The notes below the pieces were generated by a model. The model was not told the DNA's origin. It made no database searches and saw nothing but the letters and a program-made list of their open reading frames with translations. Below are positions 57,594 to 62,337 of a DNA stretch of 62,337 nt, piece by piece. The first letter of the stretch is position 1. The number at the start of each line of letters is the position of its first letter. The position numbers and the translations under genes were made by a program. Source of the DNA: an uncultured Azospirillaceae bacterium (GTDB lineage: Bacteria > Pseudomonadota > Alphaproteobacteria > RF32 > CAG-239); NCBI GenBank assembly GCA_964395655.1, contig CAYNBB010000003.1:1-62337 (forward strand), read 5' to 3'.

Positions 57594-57896
57594 ATGCGCC
57601 TTGTTTTTGCAGCTTTTTTGTTCAGCCTTTTCCTGAGCCTGCCGTGTTCCGCGCAATATGCCGCGCAGAACGACGCCAAATACATTGCCACTCTCAAAGC
57701 GGTGGTCAACGCCAAGATTGACGACGAGGAAAATTTAAGCGCCGTTGAACAGTTGCGCGAGAATCAGCGCTTTAACCGCGAACTGATGCGGATGCTCGAA
57801 AAGCTGCAGAACACCCGCACCAAAAATTCCACCAATCGCAAGGTCTACAATATCCTGCTTAAGGCCGGCAAAGACGTTTACAACGAATTGAAGTAG
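57594..57896 (+). CDS. Small secreted protein, about 100 aa
   Basis: GGAGG RBS at 57583-57587. Signal peptide MRLVFAAFLFSLFLSLPCSA-Q. Helical, charged mature part. Confidence 0.45.
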   Translation: MRLVFAAFLFSLFLSLPCSAQYAAQNDAKYIATLKAVVNAKIDDEENLSAVEQLRENQRFNRELMRMLEKLQNTRTKNSTNRKVYNILLKAGKDVYNELK

Positions 57897-57960
57897 TTAA
57901 GCATTGTTTAATAAAAAAATGCTATTCTGTAGAAAATAAACGAACGGAAAGGCCAATGCG

Positions 57961-58125
57961 ATGACATACGACTTTAAGGCAGCTTTTGAACGCATGACGG
58001 TGCGCCGTCAGGAGATAATCCGACAGAAAGACGGCAAGGCTGTGGAAGGGCTTCCGCCGTTGGAAACGCAAAAAGACGGCGTTGCGGCGATGCGCAAAAT
58101 AAAAACTCAGGAGAAGTCCGAATGA
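57961..58125 (+). CDS. Possible small protein, 54 aa (MTYDFKAAFERMTVRRQEIIRQKDGKAVEGLPPLETQKDGVAAMRKIKTQEKSE)
   Basis: Found by hand translation. GGAAAGG lies 9 nt upstream. The stop overlaps the next ATG (ATGA at 58122-58125). It competes with a minus-strand 80-aa ORF that has no support. Confidence 0.3.
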   Translation: MTYDFKAAFERMTVRRQEIIRQKDGKAVEGLPPLETQKDGVAAMRKIKTQEKSE

Positions 58126-58421
58126 AAAAACTGTTCTGCCTCGTGTTTTTGGCTGTGGTTTCATCCTGTACCCGTACCGAAACGCTCTATTGGGAAGAGC
58201 CCGATTATAATCGGTTGGCAGCTCATATGAGCGTTGTTGAGAAATCGCCGAATTATGTTGTTTACGAGTATCGCGACATCCGGGTTGACGAAGCTGCGCC
58301 GATAGCTGCGCTTTATTGTCAGGAACACGGCAACAGGCAGGCGGCGCTGTATACGGTCACAATGACGCGCGGCAACGCCCGCCGGGCAACTTTTGTTTGC
58401 CGGAAACGGAACGAAAATTAG
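58122..58421 (+). CDS. Small lipoprotein, 99 aa
   Basis: Lipobox LAVVSS-C. AGGAG RBS lies inside the end of the preceding small ORF. Confidence 0.5.
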   Translation: MKKLFCLVFLAVVSSCTRTETLYWEEPDYNRLAAHMSVVEKSPNYVVYEYRDIRVDEAAPIAALYCQEHGNRQAALYTVTMTRGNARRATFVCRKRNEN

Positions 58422-58498
58422 CTTCGGCCGAACTTGCAAAGACTTCTCTTTCTTCCTATATAGCAATATAGATAAGAATTTTGCAAAAGAGTTAAAAA

Positions 58499-59422
58499 AT
58501 GAATAAAAATCTCTATCATGTTCTCGGCCTAAACAAAGACGCCGGCGAAGCCGAAATCAAGTCGGCCTACCGTAAGCTGGCGCGAAAATATCACCCGGAT
58601 CTGAACAAAGACAACAAGGACGCTGCCGAAAAATTCAAGGAAATTTCGTGTGCGTATGACATTTTGGGCGATAAGGAAAAACGCAGAAAATATGACAACA
58701 ACGAAATTGACAGCGACGGCAAACCGACCGGATTCGGTGCCGGATTCGGCAATGCGGGCGCCGGTGCGTATCAGCAGTACGGCAGCAATCCGTTTGGCGG
58801 CGGCAGCTATAACGGAGGCGATTTTGACTTCTCGTCCATCTTCGGCAGCGACATTTTTTCTCAGTTTACCGGCGGCCGCGGCGGTTTTTCGGGGTTCGGC
58901 GGCGCGCAGACGCGGCGGCCGCGCAAAGGCGAAGACATCAGTTATACCATGCGGATAGATTTTTTGGCGGCCGCGCGCGGCGACGAAAAGACCGTTAATC
59001 TCAACGGTAAAAACATCAATGTCAAGATTCCCGCCGGCACGTTGTCCGGGCAGACATTGCGTCTCAAGGGACTTGGCAGGCAAAGTCCCAACGGCGGCAG
59101 TGCCGGAGACGTTTTGATTACCATAAACGTTGATAAACATCCGTATTTTTCGCTTGAGGGCAACAACGTGATCATGGAATTGCCGATTACGTTCAAAGAG
59201 GCAGTATTGGGCGCCAAGGTCACTGTCCCCACGATTTCAGGTAAGGTTGCCGTCAATATTCCGCCTTATGCTTCCAGCGGCGAGAAACTTCGCCTTAAAG
59301 GCAAGGGAATCAAGAACGGCGATCAGATTGTCACGCTCAAAATCGTTGCGCCCAAAAAGGCTGACGGCGGGCTGGAAGAAGCGCTGCGCAAACTGCCGGA
59401 CGAAACGATAAGGAATTTTTGA
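58499..59422 (+). CDS. cbpA: CbpA-like class II J-domain chaperone (J domain + G/F region + C-terminal substrate-binding domains, no zinc finger)
   Basis: [33 protein letters not shown], a Gly/Phe-rich linker, and [10 protein letters not shown] and [10 protein letters not shown] repeats. No CxxCxGxG motif. Confidence 0.8.
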   Translation: MNKNLYHVLGLNKDAGEAEIKSAYRKLARKYHPDLNKDNKDAAEKFKEISCAYDILGDKEKRRKYDNNEIDSDGKPTGFGAGFGNAGAGAYQQYGSNPFGGGSYNGGDFDFSSIFGSDIFSQFTGGRGGFSGFGGAQTRRPRKGEDISYTMRIDFLAAARGDEKTVNLNGKNINVKIPAGTLSGQTLRLKGLGRQSPNGGSAGDVLITINVDKHPYFSLEGNNVIMELPITFKEAVLGAKVTVPTISGKVAVNIPPYASSGEKLRLKGKGIKNGDQIVTLKIVAPKKADGGLEEALRKLPDETIRNF

Positions 59423-59979
59423 TGCTGCTGGACTCTCTCAAGAATTTTTCCTGGTATAATGAACCGCAGAACGTCCGCTTCGTTGAAGAAGGAATGCTTG
59501 TCGAGACTATGCCGCAAACGGATTTCTGGCAGACCGCACATCATAATTTTTTCAAAGACGACGGTCATTTTTTCTATGCCGAAAAAGAGGGGAATTTTGA
59601 TTTAACCCTCAAATGGCGTTTGGGCGCAGCCGTCGCGTCCGATCAGTGCGGACTGATGATTCGTGCAGACAGCCGCAATTGGGCCAAAATCGGCTTTTTG
59701 AGTCCGGACTTGTCGGTGCCGCAAATTGGCTGTGTGGTTACTTCACGCGGTGTGTCCGACTGGTCGTCGCATCACCTGCCGGTCACGCCTTCCGATTTAT
59801 GGTGCAGGGTGATTCGCCGCGGTGATGATTTTGTTTTCTTTTATTCGGCAGACGGAGAAAAATTCTGTCAGAGCCGGATGTTTCATCTTTCAAATCTCGA
59901 AACGGTCGTTAAAGCCGGCGCCTATTGTTGCTCGCCGCAAAACCACAAATTTGAATGTATTCTTGAAAACATAGAATAG
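59422..59979 (+). CDS. DUF1349-family (concanavalin-like) protein
   Basis: W.NEP, TDFWQ, DQCGLMIRAD..NWAKI and SDWS fit my recollection of the DUF1349 pattern. TGATG overlap with the cbpA-like stop. Confidence 0.65.
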   Translation: MLLDSLKNFSWYNEPQNVRFVEEGMLVETMPQTDFWQTAHHNFFKDDGHFFYAEKEGNFDLTLKWRLGAAVASDQCGLMIRADSRNWAKIGFLSPDLSVPQIGCVVTSRGVSDWSSHHLPVTPSDLWCRVIRRGDDFVFFYSADGEKFCQSRMFHLSNLETVVKAGAYCCSPQNHKFECILENIE

Positions 59980-60206
59980 CATTTTTCGCGTATTCTTCTT
60001 TGTTTCGGACTTTCTCTTGTTGTGTCGTTTTCAGTTTTTTTACGGTCTTTCTCAGGGCAGGTTCGAAGATTACAGTAGGGGATTGGGACATGACGAGTTT
60101 CATTTCTAAACCCTAATCTCTGATTTCTGATTATCTTATTAACCAATATTAAACTCTGTCCTGCTATAATTCGCAAAATACCGGGACTGTGTCTGAAGGA
60201 TGGAAA

Positions 60207-61700
60207 ATGCTTAACCTCAAACATGTTGCTGTCAGTTCTTTTAACGAAAACATCGCTTATCTACACAGCGATTGCAGCGCTTATAAAGTCGATGATATTA
60301 AGACCATGACAAAAGTGGAGATCCACGGCGGAATGCAGCCGGTTTACGCGCTGCTGGAAATTACCGATGATTCCAAAATCGTCAAGCCCAATGAGCTTGG
60401 TCTCAATAACGAGGCTTTTCGCCAGATAAACCTTCCCGAAGGTGCCAATGTTTCGATTACGTTGGCTCCTCCTGCGCCGAGCCTGCCGATTGTCAAGCGT
60501 AAAATTGTCGGCAATATTTTGAGTGCCAGCGAATATGCCTCCATTATCGGAGATATTGCGGCCAAACGTTATTCCAATTTGGATATTGCCGCATTTCTGG
60601 TCGCTTCGGGCTCTTTTATGACGGCATCCGAAGTTTTGGCTCTGACCGAGGCTCTCATCGGCGATGACGTCATCCGCTGGGACAACGAAAGTATCGTTGT
60701 CGATTATCATTGTTTTGGCGGCGTACCGGGCAACAAGGTTGACATCATCATCAATTCGATTATTGCTGCCTACGGGCTGCCCATGCCGACAACCTGTTCG
60801 CGTTCGTTGACGTCTTGTGCCGGCGTGGCCGACACTTTCGGCGTTTTGGCCAATGTCGATATTGACGAAGACAAATTGGTCAGATTGGTAAAGGAAAATC
60901 ATGGAGCGATTGCGTGTTACGAAAGCCTGCCGATAGCAGAGGCCAACAAAATTGTATCCCTCATTGAACGACATATCGGTTTTACCCAGCTTCAGCATCT
61001 GGCGGCTTCGATTCTTGCCATCAAACTGGCTGCCGGCGTCACGCATTTGGTCGTAGATATTCCTGTCGGACCGAATTCACGCATTAAATCAACCAACGAA
61101 GCCATGCGCCTGCGCAAGCTGATAGAATATGTCGGCGACATGCTGTCTCTGGAAATTGACGCCGTTATCACCGACGGCAGCGAACCTATCGGCAACGGCG
61201 TCGGTGCCGTTTTGGAAGCGCGTGACGTTATGAAAGTCTTGCGCAATAAACCGGACGCGCCGCAGGATTTGCTCGAAAAATCGTTGTTTATGGCCGGACG
61301 CATTCTGGAGTTCGATCCCAAACTGCGCGGCGGTCAGGGCTATGCCGTCGCCAAGGAGATTCTCAGTTCCGGTCGCGCACTTGAGGCCATGAACAAAATG
61401 ATTTATGCGCAGGGCAAAGCTCCGCAGCCGCAGCTGGGACATCTGACGCGCGACATCGTGGCAACGGCCGGCGGCGTGGTGGAAAGCATAAACAACGAGC
61501 GTATCAACAGAATAGGCCTTCTGGCGGGTGCCGGACAGTATCCGGGCGCCGGTCTGGATTTGCTCAAAAAAGTCGGAGATCACGTTGAACAGGGCGAAAC
61601 TTTGTATCGCATTCATTCTCTGACATCAACCGATTTTGCCTTTGCTAATTCAGTGGTTGACGGCAACAACGGCTACGAAATTAATACAAAGGGATATTAG
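60207..61700 (+). CDS. Thymidine/AMP phosphorylase family protein (about 500-aa type with an extra N-terminal domain)
   Basis: The N-terminal approx. 90-aa extra domain, then the glycosyltransferase family 3 core, with DYHCFGGVPGNKV at the position of the usual DKHS(T/I)GGV(G/P)G motif and TSCAGVADT. ATG at 60207 is preceded by AAGGA. The ORF-track GTG at 60189 is also possible. Confidence 0.78.
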   Translation: MLNLKHVAVSSFNENIAYLHSDCSAYKVDDIKTMTKVEIHGGMQPVYALLEITDDSKIVKPNELGLNNEAFRQINLPEGANVSITLAPPAPSLPIVKRKIVGNILSASEYASIIGDIAAKRYSNLDIAAFLVASGSFMTASEVLALTEALIGDDVIRWDNESIVVDYHCFGGVPGNKVDIIINSIIAAYGLPMPTTCSRSLTSCAGVADTFGVLANVDIDEDKLVRLVKENHGAIACYESLPIAEANKIVSLIERHIGFTQLQHLAASILAIKLAAGVTHLVVDIPVGPNSRIKSTNEAMRLRKLIEYVGDMLSLEIDAVITDGSEPIGNGVGAVLEARDVMKVLRNKPDAPQDLLEKSLFMAGRILEFDPKLRGGQGYAVAKEILSSGRALEAMNKMIYAQGKAPQPQLGHLTRDIVATAGGVVESINNERINRIGLLAGAGQYPGAGLDLLKKVGDHVEQGETLYRIHSLTSTDFAFANSVVDGNNGYEINTKGY

Positions 61701-62297
61701 ATGGTTTATCCGAATCGTCAGACTGCCGAACAGGAGTTGCTTCTGGGTGAACAACTCAATCCGGGAAAATGGATTGCCCATTCGCAAAATGCGGCGACCG
61801 TCTGCGAACGGATTGCCCGCAAAGCCGGAATGGATGCGGACAAGGCGTATGTCCTCGGGTTGCTGCACGATATCGGCCGAAGGATCGGTTTCTGCGGTGA
61901 AAAGCATACCTATGCCGGTTATGAATATGCCCTGTCAAAAGGATGGGACGATGTTGCCCGCATCAGTCTGACTCATTCTCACTTGTTTCAAAATGCCTCG
62001 CAGGGAGTTGCCGAATATGACGGCACTGCAGAAGAATGGGCTTTTATCACAAACTATATTGCCGGAATCCGGTTTGACGATTACGATCTCTTAGTTCAGA
62101 TTGGCGATGCTTTGGGGGCAGCTGACGGAATATGCATAATGGAAAAGCGGTTTGTCGACGTGGCGTTGCGCTACGGAATTTTTCCCGGCACGCTTGAAAA
62201 ATGGCGCAGATTTTTCGAACTTAAGGAATATTTTGACCAAAAATGCGGTTGTTCTGTTTATGATTTGCTGCCGGAAATTAAAAATAATTTAGGATGA
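61701..62297 (+). CDS. HD-domain phosphohydrolase family protein
   Basis: H...LGLLHDIGR motif. The start codon immediately follows the stop of the upstream phosphorylase-like gene. Confidence 0.68.
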   Translation: MVYPNRQTAEQELLLGEQLNPGKWIAHSQNAATVCERIARKAGMDADKAYVLGLLHDIGRRIGFCGEKHTYAGYEYALSKGWDDVARISLTHSHLFQNASQGVAEYDGTAEEWAFITNYIAGIRFDDYDLLVQIGDALGAADGICIMEKRFVDVALRYGIFPGTLEKWRRFFELKEYFDQKCGCSVYDLLPEIKNNLG

Positions 62298-62337
62298 AAA
62301 ATCAGCCTCGTTGTAAGCAGACGTATGCCGTTCGCGG

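Noticed and set aside
57922-58164. 80-aa minus-strand ORF between the small secreted protein gene and the lipoprotein gene
   Set aside because: It has no RBS, an Arg/Phe/Leu-rich translation, and overlaps the start of the well-supported lipoprotein gene. A plus-strand 54-codon ORF with coupling signals explains the region better.

Overview
The window looks like a gene-dense (about 90% coding) core chromosomal segment of an alphaproteobacterium. This is supported by the gpmI-envC-ctpA-yibQ-rppH block, ihfB plus a DUF1049/LapA-like gene, an ELM1-family gene, a DUF1058 SH3 protein, and HPr plus EIIA-Man of the regulatory PTS. It carries the replication cluster dnaA-dnaN-recF on the minus strand and gyrB and polA on the plus strand. 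Other housekeeping genes include rpsA, cmk, rpsT, accA, accD, rmuC, mutM, xthA, lolA, tsaB, rsmE and a PBP1A. There are two tRNA-Arg genes (anticodons CCT and ACG). I saw no transposase, integrase, phage genes, CRISPR array, reverse transcriptase or recognisable multi-gene defence island, so I cannot point to a clear new system. The most unusual items are: (1) a translationally coupled NarL-type response regulator + Hpt-like protein + RquA-like (rhodoquinone-type) methyltransferase-fold gene, with no kinase nearby. (2) Two dense clusters of GANTC (almost all GATTC) motifs, six sites in about 100-160 bp each, upstream of gyrB and upstream of dnaA, in a window that also encodes an orphan beta-class DPPY DNA methyltransferase. 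(3) A 51-codon Ser-rich peptide gene, below the ORF-track cutoff, with its own palindrome, strong RBS and terminator next to that methyltransferase. (4) An AMP/thymidine-phosphorylase-family gene with a diverged phosphate-binding motif, coupled to an HD hydrolase. (5) Synteny breaks consistent with two local inversions and a clean loss of trpFBA. (6) Several apparently degenerate or orphaned components: an EEP pseudoenzyme, yejAB without yejEF, a PAS-only sensor, an atypical OmpR-type regulator and an orphan RHH protein. All functional calls come from reading motifs in the translated ORFs by eye. No database search was run.
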